A DNA stretch of 62,751 nt, filler included, from Chiloscyllium plagiosum (lineage: Eukaryota), in assembly GCF_004010195.1 (NCBI RefSeq). It is 4 parts of 2 records of this genome, joined end to end, with 100 filler letters (N's around TTAATTAATTAA, not from the genome) between each part and the next. Parts side by side here need not be neighbours in the genome. Positions count along the whole stretch, not along the records: positions 1 to 31,478 come from NC_057715.1; 3 more parts are not named here. One strand, written 5' to 3'. Below, one piece after another: positions 11,994 through 23,770 of the stretch; the stretch's first letter is position 1, and the number at the start of each line of letters is the position of its first letter. The position numbers were made by a program, and so were the translations under genes. The notes under the pieces were generated by a model that had not been told where the DNA came from, did no database searches, and saw only the letters and a list, made by a program, of their open reading frames with translations.

Positions 11994-13482
11994 AATGAAT
12001 AACTTCAAGAGTAAATGAGGACTGATTGCAGAGATGAAAAATAGAATACATATCTCTGATAGAATAATGTAGTCTGAAAACATGACAGAAAAATTGTGTA
12101 ATAACAGCATACAGGAAATAAAGACAAGGCACGAAACAAATAATCAAGCAATTGCTAAAGGATAACCTGCATTCGACTTTACTGTTACAACATTTTGTTT
12201 TGCTTTTTGGAAAAATGAATTATTACATTTCTATGAAGAAAAGTAACAGGCTCTGGATTGCTTGATTCCAAACACTTTTATCATTAAAAAAATAGTTTAC
12301 CTGATAGCTCAGAGCACAGTATTATCATGTGATATGCTTTTGAACCACACAGGATATCATTGTGTCACGTTGGCAAACCTTTTCTGAATTTACCAATGTC
12401 AACCTTTGCTTGGTTTTTGCCATTCAGTTCAATGGAAGGGAAAGTTTTTGGCTATGCTTACTGCTTTGATCATTACCATCCACATTGTCCGACCTCATAT
12501 CCGCACTTTCAAATTGCCAGCATAGAACAATGTCAACAATTTTAACATCCAGATGTGAACACAGCTTTGAGAATGTCTGATTCATCTCAGAGCAGAAGCG
12601 AGGAGACCCAGTTGATTTTAGTAACAGGCCTCTCATTAATATAGCATTGAGCAATTTCCCATCAAAACGACTTCCGCACCTGCTGTTGGTATCAATCATT
12701 CTTGGCTTCGCAAGTTAAACCTCTGCGACAATCAGGTTTAAAAGCCATTGGTTCCCATAATGTGTATGATGTGATTTTTTTCTTTCATGTTCATTTTCAC
12801 CAGCCGGTATTTCCAGCAATATCCTGGATAAGTTGGCCCAGAGTTTGCTGCGAAAATAAGATGAACTTAATGCGTGTGCTGTTAAGGCGTAAATAGCCCT
12901 GCAATTTGCAGTGGAGAAGAGATAATCTGTGGGGTATGAACTGGCACAAACTGCTGGGAATGAGAGCCTGGCTTCAATCACCCCCAATGAAATTCAATAA
13001 ATCTCTGTATTTGCTGCAGAAATATGAATTAAATTCACCTCAGAACATTAGGCTAATACTTAATGTTGTAAGGAGCCATTTCATGACGAGATTTATGTGC
13101 TTTCAGAGATCTCGGAGTGATGATAAGCAGTGATATTAATGCAAATTCTTCCTTTCTACCCAAATTGGATTTAGTTACCATATATTAACGAATTATTAAC
13201 TTGATGAATTGAACAGATAAGCCTTCACAATTCTGAAAGGAGATGACATGTTGTTTGAATTAGATTCAATTTAATTCCAGTGATGACATCACTCAACTCC
13301 ACAGCTGAAGTAAATGTGCTCGATCTGGCACATCATTTTAATTGCTTGTGGTTTGAAAGAATTTTCGATGGACAAGACTTTGTCTATGTCAAGATTGCCC
13401 GTCCAGTCTACCAGAACATTCCTGTCCCACATCCATCATTTTGGGTGCTGCACTTAGTTTTGATTTTTAACACTTTCCTTAA

Positions 13483-13785
13483 TGGGGCAGCACAGTGGTT
13501 AGCACAGCTATCTCACAGTGGTTAGCACAGCTATCTCACAGTGCTAGTGTCCCAGGTTCGATTCCACACTTGGATGACTGCCTGCAGAGGTTTCCTCCTC
13601 CAATCCAAAGATGTGTAGGTTAGGTGGACTGGCCATGCTAAATTGTCCATAGCATCCAGGGATGTACAGGCTCGGTGGATTAGCCAGGGTAATGCAGGGA
13701 TGGGTAGGTGGGCTGATCTTTGCAGGGATCAGTGTGGATTTGATGAGCTGAGCAATCTGCTTCCACACTGAGAGATTGTGTGATT
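13483..13785 (+). mobile_element. HE1-type V-SINE with a 23-bp tandem duplication in its head
   Basis: ggggcagcacagtggttagcac head; cacagtggttagcacagctatct repeated at 13491 and 13514. Confidence 0.85.
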
Positions 13786-15026
13786 TGGGTTCAAGAAGAG
13801 AATCATGAAGGAGGGAAAAGAAATATGTTCAATACCATTTCAGATCTATCCAAAATGATGCAAAGGTTACCAGGGGTCTCTGATATCAGCATGAAAAGCA
13901 AATGACATTAAAAGAAAATGTGCATTGAAACTTCACCATGAACTCCATGATAACATGAAGAGAAGACAAAGTAACCTTATTTGTCATTTTTGGTCAAAAT
14001 GCTAATAATTAAACACACAAAACAAAAGACTGTAAATGTAATCAAACATGATGCAAGAACCTTTTTGAAATGTTTGAGTTGATGTGAAACTTCAATGCGT
14101 TTTTTGTTATTTTCTAGAAATATTGTTCAATCATGGCACTTTATAGAGTGGCATCACCGTAATTTCTTTCTTGAAGAATCTTTTCGAATTACAACTCCAT
14201 TTCTACAACCGGGTCCTTACTTTCATCATATTAAATGGGTTACATTCACAGTAATTAAAGGATAAGGGAGTGAGGAGAAAATGAAAGGACTGGATCATTG
14301 TCCCCTTTAACTGTGATGCAGTGCATTTGTTAATGATGTATTTTCAACGGAATTGAACAAATTGTGCTGTTGGCAATTACAAGTTGGATGTTATAATGGG
14401 GTAATTTAACACTGTATATGGCAGTTCCTGGAACGTTGTGTTGGGTAATCAGCTAATTAAGAAGTTGTTGGAACCACTTCTCTGGCAATACAATGAAAAG
14501 CTAGTCAAAGATATTCCCTTCCGAATGTTATCATAGGCAATTGCATTTCCTGACCACTGGAAACAACCTTTAAAGCTGCCAAAGAACATAAATAGAACAG
14601 TTCAAAGCTGAAGATGTGTGGGAAGGATGCAGAACCAGCAATATTCTCTTTATTTTGTCTCCTTTAGGTTGTGTGCATGTTTTATATGCATGTTTATGTG
14701 TATCTCTGCGTGTGCATGTGTATTTTTCTTTGTATCTTCTCAAATTTCTTTCAGGAAACTCTCATCTAAAGCATTGATGGTTGATTCTGTTTCATTTGTG
14801 CATCTGGCAGTCAGATAGGTTATCCAGGAGTCAGATATTTCTCCAGTTGTAATCCCAAGCAGGACTGTGATCCCAGGCTGGTCTTTTCCACTTCCTTGCC
14901 TTTCTTCTGGCAAATTAGCTGATCAGGTCAGCATGTTTTAGGGAATGATCCGGCAATAGTCTAATTCTAAATTCTTTCAATGTGGACTGAGAAAGGAAAT
15001 AGGGTGGTGGTGGTGGCGGTGGTAAG

Positions 15027-15095
15027 AGTCAAGAGTATGATGCTGGAAAAGCACAGCAGGTCAGGCAGCATCCGAGGAGCAGGAGAGACAATGTT
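15027..15095 (-). mobile_element. PLE pLTR fragment
   Basis: tgctggaaaagcacagcaggtcaggcagcatccgaggagcagg. Confidence 0.75.
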
Positions 15096-15106
15096 TAAGA
15101 AAAAAA

Positions 15107-15420
15107 GGGTGGCACAGTAGCTCAGTGGTTAGCACTGTAACCTCACAGTGCCAGGGACCCGGGTTCAATCCCTGCCTCGGGCAACTGTCTGTGTTGAGTT
15201 TGCACATTCTCCCCATATCTGCGTGGGTTTCCTCCCACAATCCAAAGATGTGCAGGTCAGGTGAATTGGCCATGCTAAATTGTCCACAATATTATGTGCA
15301 TTAGTCAGGGATGAATATAAGCTAGAGGAATGGGTGTGGATGGATTACTCTTCGGAGGGTTGGTATGGACTTTTTGGGCTGAAGGGCTTATTTCCACACT
15401 GTGGGGATTCTAATTCTAAT
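15107..15420 (+). mobile_element. HE1-type V-SINE
   Basis: gggtggcacagtagctcagtggttagcact...ggttcaatccc; V-domain; ttctaattctaat tail. Confidence 0.93.
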
Positions 15421-15879
15421 GTTTGCATGGCTCAGTTTCACATTGGCCATTACCAAATCAGACATTGACAGAGCTTCTCCTTCTCATCAGTGATCTATGC
15501 TGCTTCTGCTGATTTTGGGTTGTGGAAAATGTCCCAACCCAAGCTCCTGCAGAAAGAAAACCCGTGGTGCAAAAAGGCATGTTTCTTTTCCCTAAGAGGT
15601 AGCTAGCTCAGTCCTCTTTGCTCTGGTCTTCCCTCCATGCTGGATTACCTCTTGGTATTCATTATTGCACCTAATAGGTGAATATTATTTGGAAGCAGAG
15701 TGTTACCCGAAAGGAATACTCAAACCTTTTATCCAAGTGTGTCCCTTATGTGACAGATAAGAGGCAGGGAATTGACTTTGACCTTAATTAAACAAATCCT
15801 TTTTTATTTAATTCTTTATATACTAATACTCAATATAAAACATGCATTTGTTGCAACATTTCCTTCTTACTTCGCTATA

Positions 15880-15970
15880 TGAACATAAGAATGTACAAAC
15901 TAGGAGCAGGAGTAGGCCATCTGGCATCTCGAGCCTGCTCTGCCATTCAATAAGACCATGGCTGATCTTA
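15880..15970 (-). mobile_element. CR1 3' terminal fragment
   Basis: gaacataagaa...ggagcaggagtaggccat...gccattcaataagaccatggctgatc. Confidence 0.7.
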
Positions 15971-16798
15971 CTTGACTCCAACTTTAACTCACTTCATTTA
16001 ACTTCACTCCACCTTACTTTAACTTTATTCACATTTAACTCTAACCTTAACTCGATAAGTTTGGCTTGGATCAAATTCCACCCCAATTCGAGCGAAGCAG
16101 CCAACTTTGCTCTCAGTGTAAATCTTGCCACGCCGTACTTTATTTCTCTGAAGCAGGGCACATTCTTTTCAAATGTTTGTCTCTGGGGCTCATTCCTGCA
16201 AAATTCGTTGTGCTGTTAAGTTTTATCCCAAAGTGTGCTCATTTTCCAGAAACCTCTCTGGCACTCAGCCAATGAATTGACCAAACCTGATCACAATGTT
16301 TGATCCCAGCGAGTGGAGTTTACTAGTGAACAACTCCCCAGTGTTTATACCTTGTCATTTAACCCACTTTCCATGCTCCATATAAGGTAATAGTGGTGCT
16401 AGCATGTCTGGCAGACCACCATGAGACCTCTCATACTTGAGCAACACAGGGAACTGCAGGTCATAGTTGACTGGAGGCGTCCTTCAGCTTGAACCTAGGT
16501 CTGAATTTAAACCAGCTTGACCAAAATTCCCAGCATGCCTGATTGCAGCTCTTAACCATCCTCATCGTCATTTCTGCTGCTGGCCACCTGACCACAACAG
16601 AGTGGAAAACGAAAAGGAAAGGGTGTGAGGTAGGCACAAAGTAATTAATATTCGGTTGTGCAAGTACACGACATCAACACAGAAACAGAAATTATTGCAT
16701 GGTTTGAGTCAGGTGGGGTGATAGTTGTCCACATCCCGAGACCAAGCTAGATTCCTAGTTCTGATCCCTATCCAGTGATGTCTGCTGAAGAATGCTCT

Positions 16799-17237
16799 TA
16801 GAGTCATAGAGATGAACAGCACAGAAACAAAAGCTTCGGTCCAACTTGTCCATGCCGACCAGATATTCTAAATTAATCTAGTCCCATTTGCCAGTATTTA
16901 GCCCATATCCCACTAAACCCTTCCTATTCATATACCCATCCAGATGCCTTTTAAATGATTTAATTGTACCAAGCTCCATCACTTCCTCTGGTATCTCATT
17001 CCATACACGCACTACCCTCTACATGAAAAAATTGCCCCTCATGTCTCTTTTAAATCTTTCCCCACTCACCAGAAACCTATGCCCTCTAGTTTTGGACTCC
17101 CCTACCCTGGGGAAAAGACCTTGGCCCCACATAATTTAATAAACCTCTATAAGGTCACCCCTCAGTCTCTGACACTTCAGAATAAATAGCCCCATCCTAT
17201 TCAGTGTCTCCCTGTAGCTCAAAACCTCCAAACCCTT
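16799..17237 (-). mobile_element. HER1/CR1 LINE 3' end
   Basis: Homologous to 4750-5252. Confidence 0.9.
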
Positions 17238-17384
17238 GTGTAGACATCACATGAGAATATAATGTTGCTTAGCTGTGGTGTTCCACTATCATGGAATAGA
17301 CTGGAGATGGTCACTGCCTGAACTGAGGATTGAAGAGGAACTGGGGATAGTCCAAGTTATTAGAAACAGCATCCACTCACTTAA

Positions 17385-18190
17385 GTCAGGCCAAATGGCA
17401 TGTTGGCCTTTATTACTTGCAGATCAACAAACAAGAAAAACAGGAGTGTTATTACGTTGTACAGGAATTTAGTGAGCTTACATCTGAAATATTATGTGTA
17501 GTTTTAGTCTTCACATTTAAGAAAATATATACTTGCATTGGAGGCATTACAGCTAAAGTTTACTAAATTGGTCCCTCTGGTATCTCATTCCATACACGCA
17601 CTACCTTGAAAAAATTGCCCCTCATGTCTCTTTTAAATCTTTCCCCACTCACCAGAAACCTATGCCCTCTAGTTTTGGACTCCCCTACCCTGGGGAAAAG
17701 ACCTTGGCCCCACATAATTTAATAAACCTCTATAAGGTCACCCCTCAGTCTCTGACACTTCAGGATAAATAGCCCCATCCTATTCAGGGAGTTGTCCTAT
17801 GATCAGAGGTTGAGCAGTTTGCATCTGTGTCCTCTAGAGCTTAGATGAACGTGAGGTAATCTTTCTGAAACATGTAAGCTTAAAAAGAACCTTGATAGGG
17901 TCACATTGGACTCAAACGTTAATTCTGGCTCTCTCTCCAGATAATGCCAGACCTAGCATTCCCTGTGTTTGTTTTTGATAGGGTAAATGCCGTGAGATCA
18001 TTACTGCCCCTCAGGGTATCTAAAACACAGGAACACAAGCTCAGGATAAGGGGCAATTTTCTAGGACTGGCATGAGGAGAAATTGCTCCACTCAATTCTT
18101 CAATTCTTGTGATTCTTGGAATTCTCTCACCCCAAAAGGTTGGGGCTACTCCATCGTTGAATATGATTAAGGCTGAGGTGGGCGGAATTA
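17385..18190 (+). mobile_element. Decayed CR1 fragment hosting two secondary inserts (17574-17787 and 17902-17974)
   Basis: CR1 ORF2 3' sequence resumes after each insert. Confidence 0.7.
17902..17974 (+). mobile_element. Mini PLE 3'-end insertion
   Basis: 10-bp TSD ttgatagggt (17892-17901, 17975-17984); begins inside hammerhead stem II (ggactcaaacgttaa). Confidence 0.7.
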
Positions 18191-18304
18191 TAGGTGGTTG
18201 TGTTCTCCTAGGACTATGGCCCTTGTCCTTCTGGTGGGCGAGGTTGCAGGTTTGGAAGTTGCTATCAGAGGAGCCTTCATGAGATTCTTTCTGCACTTTG
18301 TGTT

Positions 18305-18545
18305 ATTAGATTAGATTAGATTACCTATAGCATGGAAACAAGCCCTTCGGCCCAATAAGTCCACACTGACCCTCCGAAGAGCAACCCACCCAGACCCATT
18401 CCTCTATGTTTACCTCTGGCTAATCCACCTAACACTACGGGCAATTTAGCATGGCCAATTCACCTGACCTGCGCATCTTTGGACTGTGGGAGGAAACCGG
18501 AGCACCCGCAGGAAACCCACACAGACACGGGGTGAATGTACAAAC
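18305..18545 (-). mobile_element. HE1-type V-SINE, 5'-truncated
   Basis: (attag)n tail and V-domain. Confidence 0.92.
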
Positions 18546-18676
18546 TTAGCTTCAAGCATTCCCAGTATTAAAAGAAAATTAAGAATCTTGAATGATAGCT
18601 CAGCTCTTGGTCAGAAGGCTGCTAAAATTAAACAAGTGGGAAACAAAACAGCATTAAAGTACATGAACATTAAAGT

Positions 18677-18811
18677 AAAAACCGATTAAACTGCAAACAC
18701 TGGAAATCAGAAACGAAAACAGAAATTGCTGAAAAGTTTCGGCATCTGTGGAGAGAAATCAAAGTTAATGTTTCGGGTTCAGTGACTGTTCTTCAGAATG
18801 AAGCTTCAACA
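18677..18811 (-). mobile_element. Mini PLE 3'-end insertion with degenerate hammerhead
   Basis: 14-bp TSD atgaacattaaagt (18663-18676, 18812-18825); minus strand ctgaaga...cccgaaacatt. Confidence 0.8.
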
Positions 18812-19626
18812 ATGAACATTAAAGTGATTGTTTACTGGTCCCCAATCTTGGCCTCAGGAGACATCCTCTTGCTGTAGTCTTTCGACTGTCTTCTGTAGCT
18901 AACATTGTTACCTTCTGAGATGATCACTAAGCAACCACTTTGTGTTGAAGTGTGGGCAGTTTTGGGGTATGGAATACATTCACTGGAACAATTTATAGCA
19001 AGGCCTTCTGAAGAAAGAATAAAACTTGATGGAAATCTTCAAGGAGCAAAAGGTCCTTGAAAAGGTTCCTGAGAGGCAGTTACCTCAATCATGGTCATTT
19101 TGGCTGTTTATAATTTGGCTGTTCATAATTAATTACCTATTGACACACATTGGGACAGTCAATATGTAAAGAAAAATGTTCAGGAAGCAATGAAACTTAT
19201 GGAATGATGCAGGACAAGGGAGAAGATGGGAGGCAAGAGGACATGAAATAAAGGATATTTACTCATGCAAGTGCATTATATTAAATCAAAAAGAAAAAAA
19301 ATAATGTGCAACTTGCATTCTCTCTAAATATTATGACACCTGTGAGATTTGGACACCATATGTTAATTAGGCAATCAGTTATTTCTTCAAGTATTAATCG
19401 TGTTAACTGCTAACATTTAGAGGTATATTAGCATCACCTGTGTTACAAATTGCTCCCAGTAAGGAACTGAATTCCTGTCTTCCATCTCTCCAAAAGGATA
19501 ATAAAACACAGAAGTAGACTCTGACGGTGGCAAATAAAGATATTGTGGAAATAAAAATCGAGAGAAAGAGATGCAAAGATGCTGTAGACTCAACATCGTT
19601 ACTTAATATGATCTCACAAAGTCAAG

Positions 19627-19831
19627 GAGAAAGTGAGGGCTGCAGATGCTGGAGATCAGAGCTGAAAATGTGTTGCTGGAAAAGCGCAGCAGGTCAGGCA
19701 GCATCCAAGGAACAGGAGAATCGACGTTTCGGGCATAATTCCTGAAGAAGGGCTTATGCCCGAAACGTCGATTCTCCTGTTCCTTGGATGCTGCCTGACC
19801 TGCTGCGCTTTTCCAGCAACACATTTTCAGC
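19627..19831. mobile_element. Palindromic mini-PLE (two inverted pLTR arms)
   Basis: ~80-bp inverted arms 19658-19738 and 19754-19834; 15-bp TSD tctcacaaagtcaag (19612-19626, 19832-19846). Confidence 0.92.
19742..19769 (+). ncRNA. Minimal hammerhead ribozyme
   Basis: CUGAAGA(19742-19748)-A-GGGC(UUAU)GCCC-GAAA-CGUC; predicted cleavage after 19769. Confidence 0.8.
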
Positions 19832-19929
19832 TCTCACAAAGTCAAGACCAACCTACCATTTGGTGGAGATACATTGGAGATTATTCAAAAATAACAATAC
19901 AGTTTGTTTTACTTGTTCTTGGGAAGCTA

Positions 19930-20190
19930 GTGATGCTGATGAGGCCAACATTTATTGCCCTTGAGTAGCTGCTGGTAAGCCAACCACAACTGAGGGTCTT
20001 TTTCAAAGGGCTATTTCAGAGGGTAGTTAAGAATCAATCACATTGATGTGGATCTGGGATCGTGTTTAGGCCAGTGTAGCTAATCAGAGCAGATTTCCTT
20101 TCCTGAAACAATTTTTCAACAATCCAGTGGGCCCGTGATCGTTATCATTCATTCCAGATATGTTTAAGTCATTATATTTCAATTCCCCTG
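19930..20190 (-). mobile_element. tRNA-headed shark SINE fragment
   Basis: catttattgccc...gtagttaagaatcaatcacattgatgtggatctgg, reverse complement of the 21625-21935 family. Confidence 0.6.
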
Positions 20191-20191
20191 A

Positions 20192-20520
20192 AGGGTGGCT
20201 CAGTGGCTGGCACTGCTGTCTTACAGTGGCAGGGTCCTAGGTTCGATTCCAGCCTTGGGTGACTGTCTATGTGAAGTTTGAAGATTCTCCCTGTTTTTGC
20301 CAAGTGCTCCAGTTTCCTCCCACAGTTCAGAGATGTGCAGGTTAAGTGGATTGGCCATGCTAAATTGTTTCTAGTGTATAAGGGTGCCTAGGTTGTGTGG
20401 ATTAGCTGTGCTAAATGCAGGATTACAGGGATAGAGGGGGTCTGGGTGGGATGTTCTTCAGAGGGTCAACACAAACCCCATGGGCTGCATAGCCTCTTTC
20501 AACAGTGCAGGGATTCTCTG
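20192..20520 (+). mobile_element. HE1-type V-SINE, diverged
   Basis: ggtggctcagtggctggcactgctg...ggttcgattcc; V-domain. Confidence 0.85.
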
Positions 20521-20559
20521 AACCTGTGTTCCCAGGAGATTGGTCCAGTTTTCTAGCTG

Positions 20560-21610
20560 ACTATCCAGTGAACCATCTAAAATCTGAAATCAACTTTTAA
20601 AACCTTTATTGAACTATTGCAAGCCAATCAGCCTTCATGAGTCAATTTTCAACTTTTCTTCTGGATTTCAAACATTCAGTGTGGATTGACAATCTGTTAC
20701 AGAAACTGGCCCATTTTTCTTCCTGCTGTTGGAGGTGGAAATGAAGATTGTCTGGTTTCCATGACTTGCAGCTGATATATAATGATAGATTTTATGGGCC
20801 ATCATAAAATCTCATGATACTGTCACCCTTTCAATCTTCCAAATGGGCCACAGTACAATCAAGACATCTCTGATCAGCTGCTTGTTACTTCAAAGCCTGG
20901 CTATATGAAGGCTTATTCATGATGAGAAACCTGCAAGTTCTACAGAATCATAACTGCATTCAGCATTTACTGTACCCCACACAAACCACTTTGAATCTCT
21001 CCAAAACCTGTTCTAGCATCAAAACAACTATCAGGGCTACAAATGATATCCAATGTGATTGTGACCATGGTAAACAATCCTTCCTCATCCTGTCTTCTGT
21101 TGTGATGAAGTTGACAACATTGTCCATTTCCAAATCCTCCCTTTCATTATTCTACAAACTGCACTCACGTGACTTCATTCTTATTGATTCTTTTAAGGTG
21201 AGAGAATCAGTTGTGATGTCTTCTTACATCATCACAGTTACCTCTGATGTCCATCAGGCCTCTATCTTGGGGGCCCTCCTGTTTCTCACCTACAGGCTGC
21301 CCCTCAGACACATTATCTGCAAACCTAACACCAGGTTCCATGTAGACACTGAACTCCCAAGCTGCCATTTCTCACGATCCCTACATTATCTCGAAGTTGT
21401 CAGACTGCTTGTCTGACATTAGATGCTGAATAAGCAGAAAATTCCTTTAATTAAATATAAGGCAGAATAAAGCCATGATCTTTGATCTACACCACAAACT
21501 CCACTACTCAGCCATTGACTCCATCTATTTCCCTGATAACTGTTTAAGATTAGTTCAGAATATTCACAAATGCAGTGTCATATTTGACCCCAACATGAGC
21601 TTCCGGCTGT
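20560..21610 (+). mobile_element. L2-clade LINE RT remnant
   Basis: TSDVHQASILGALLFLTYRLPLRHIICK (GVPQGSILGPLLF.IYMLPL..II pattern) in ORF 20919-21416. Confidence 0.75.
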
Positions 21611-21624
21611 AAAGATAGGGGAGA

Positions 21625-21935
21625 CAGAGTTGTGGTGATGTCATTGGACTAATAATTCAGAACCCCAGGCTATTGTTCTGGGACATGAATTAGATTGCCA
21701 GATTGTAAAACTTGAATTGAATTAAAAGCTGTTCCAATAGTGACCAATGTAGATCACTGGAAAACTCATCTAGATCACCAATGCTCTTTGGGGAAGTAAA
21801 TTTGCCATCTTTAACTAGTCTGGACTACAGGAGTCTCCAGACCCATGACAGTGTGGTTGACTCATAACTGTCTTCTGGGCAAGAAATATTGGCATAACCA
21901 GTGAAACCCACATTCCATGATGAACTTAAAAAAAA
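21625..21935 (+). mobile_element. tRNA-headed shark SINE
   Basis: gtggtgatgtcattggactaataattcaga head; ctccagaccc...gtggttgactc core; A-rich tail. Confidence 0.65.
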
Positions 21936-22119
21936 TCACCCAATCCATCCATTTTCACCCCAAAAAATCTTGCCTTTGAACCTCTATGACCTTAAGCTCA
22001 TCAAAATCTCTGATACCCACCAGCCGTCTCATACCAAGTCCATACATGACTACACTGGTTATGCTTCAATTTTTCTAACACAGCAGCTCTTTGAGATTCT
22101 GTAATTCTCACCTCTTAGG

Positions 22120-22570
22120 ACACAAGAACTTAAGAAGAATATGCACATCAAGGCCATTCAGCCCCTCAATCTTGACATGCCATTCAACAAGATGATGGCT
22201 GCTCTCCATCAGGCCTCAGCTTCTCTTTTGTGTCTGCTTAATGTAGCCAACAATTCCCTGCTATTCCAAAAGTCTGTCTTCCCCTACTTTAAATATTTTC
22301 AGTGATTGAGCATTCATAACTCTCTGCTGTAAAGATTCCCAGGCATTCACTGTCCTTTTGGGGAAGAAGTTCCTTTCCATCTCATTTTAAAACCAGTGCC
22401 TCACTTATTCTGAAATTATATCCACTAGTTTGAGATTCCCCCACTGTTTGAAACACTTCCTCAACGTTTCCATGTCAAGCACCTTCAGAATCTTGGATGT
22501 TTCAATAAGCTCACCCTTAATTCTTCTCGACTCTAATGAATAAAGGCTGAAACTGTTCAGCTGTTTTTGA
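22120..22570 (-). mobile_element. CR1 3' fragment
   Basis: LYSLESRRIKGELIETSKILK on the minus strand. Confidence 0.8.
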
Positions 22571-22769
22571 TCAACCTTTGTTTCACATAACTTCAATGTT
22601 CCATCATTGCCATCCAACTTTCATTTGTTAGGACCGTAAGCCATGGAATTTTCACCCTAAAACTCTGTGGTCCAGACTGTTTCCATTGGAAGCTGGATTC
22701 TTGAGTCTAGGAGACTCCCAATTCAATAGATATGCAATCAAAGCCCATACTCATGATATTTACTCGAGT

Positions 22770-23770
22770 ATCAGGTTGTAAGTTTACTTGCTGAGCTGGT
22801 AAATTTGTTCCCAGATGCTTTGTCACCATGCTAGGTAACATCATAAATGAACCTCTGGTGAAGCACTGTCCCACTTTCTATTTGTGTGTCTTGGTCTGTT
22901 GTGGTTGGTAACATAATTTCTGGTTCTTTTTCTGAGAAATTGTTAAATTGGGTCCAAATCTATGTGTTTGTTGGTGGAGTTCTGTTTTGAATGTCAGGCC
23001 TCTAGGAATTCCTGTGTGTGTCTTTGTTTAGCTTGTCCCAGGATGGATACATTGTCCCAGTCAAACTGGTGTCCCTCATTGTCTATGTGTAAGGATACTA
23101 GTGATAGTTGGTCATGTTTTTGGTTGCTAGTTGGTGCTCATGTATCCTGGTAGCTGGTTTCCTACCTGTCTGTCGGATGTAGTATTTGTTGCAGTCCTTG
23201 CAGGGTATTTTGTATATGACGTTCGTTCTACTGATTGTTGGTATAAGGTCCTTTAGATTCATCAGGAGCTGTTTCAGTATGGTGGTAGGTTTGTGGGCTA
23301 CCGTGATGCCTAAGGGCCAGCATGTCTGGTTGTCATCTCTGAGATGTCTTTAATGTATGGCAGTGTGGCCAGAGTCTCTGGGTCTGTTGTACCTTCTTGT
23401 TTAGGTTTGTTGTCTAAGAATCGACGGACTATGCTTATCGGGTACCTGTTGTTCTTGAATACATTGTATAGATGTTTTTCTTTGGCTTCTTGTAGCTCCT
23501 GGGTGCTGCAGTGTGTTGTGGCTTGTTAAAATGATGTCCTGATGCAGCTCCATTTGTGGGTGTTAGAGGATGTTTACCATCCTCTCAGAAAAAGAACCGG
23601 AAGTGATGTCACCCACCACAACAGACCAAGACACATAAATAGAAAACGAGACTGTACACCAGCACTTCAACGGAGGCTCACTGATGATGTTACCTGGCAT
23701 GGTGTCTGAGAACAAATCTTCCAGCTCAGTGGGCAAACTTACAACCTGAGCTACAAATTTTCTCAAATTT
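22770..23770 (-). mobile_element. Penelope/Poseidon-type PLE with GIY-YIG remnant and an inverted pLTR copy (23585-23770)
   Basis: Minus strand VIYKIPCKDCNKYYI.QTGRK..TRIHEHQ...HQFDWDNVSILG...EFLEA; the two ends are mutual reverse complements; ctgatgatgttacc hammerhead remnant at ~23682. Confidence 0.88.
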
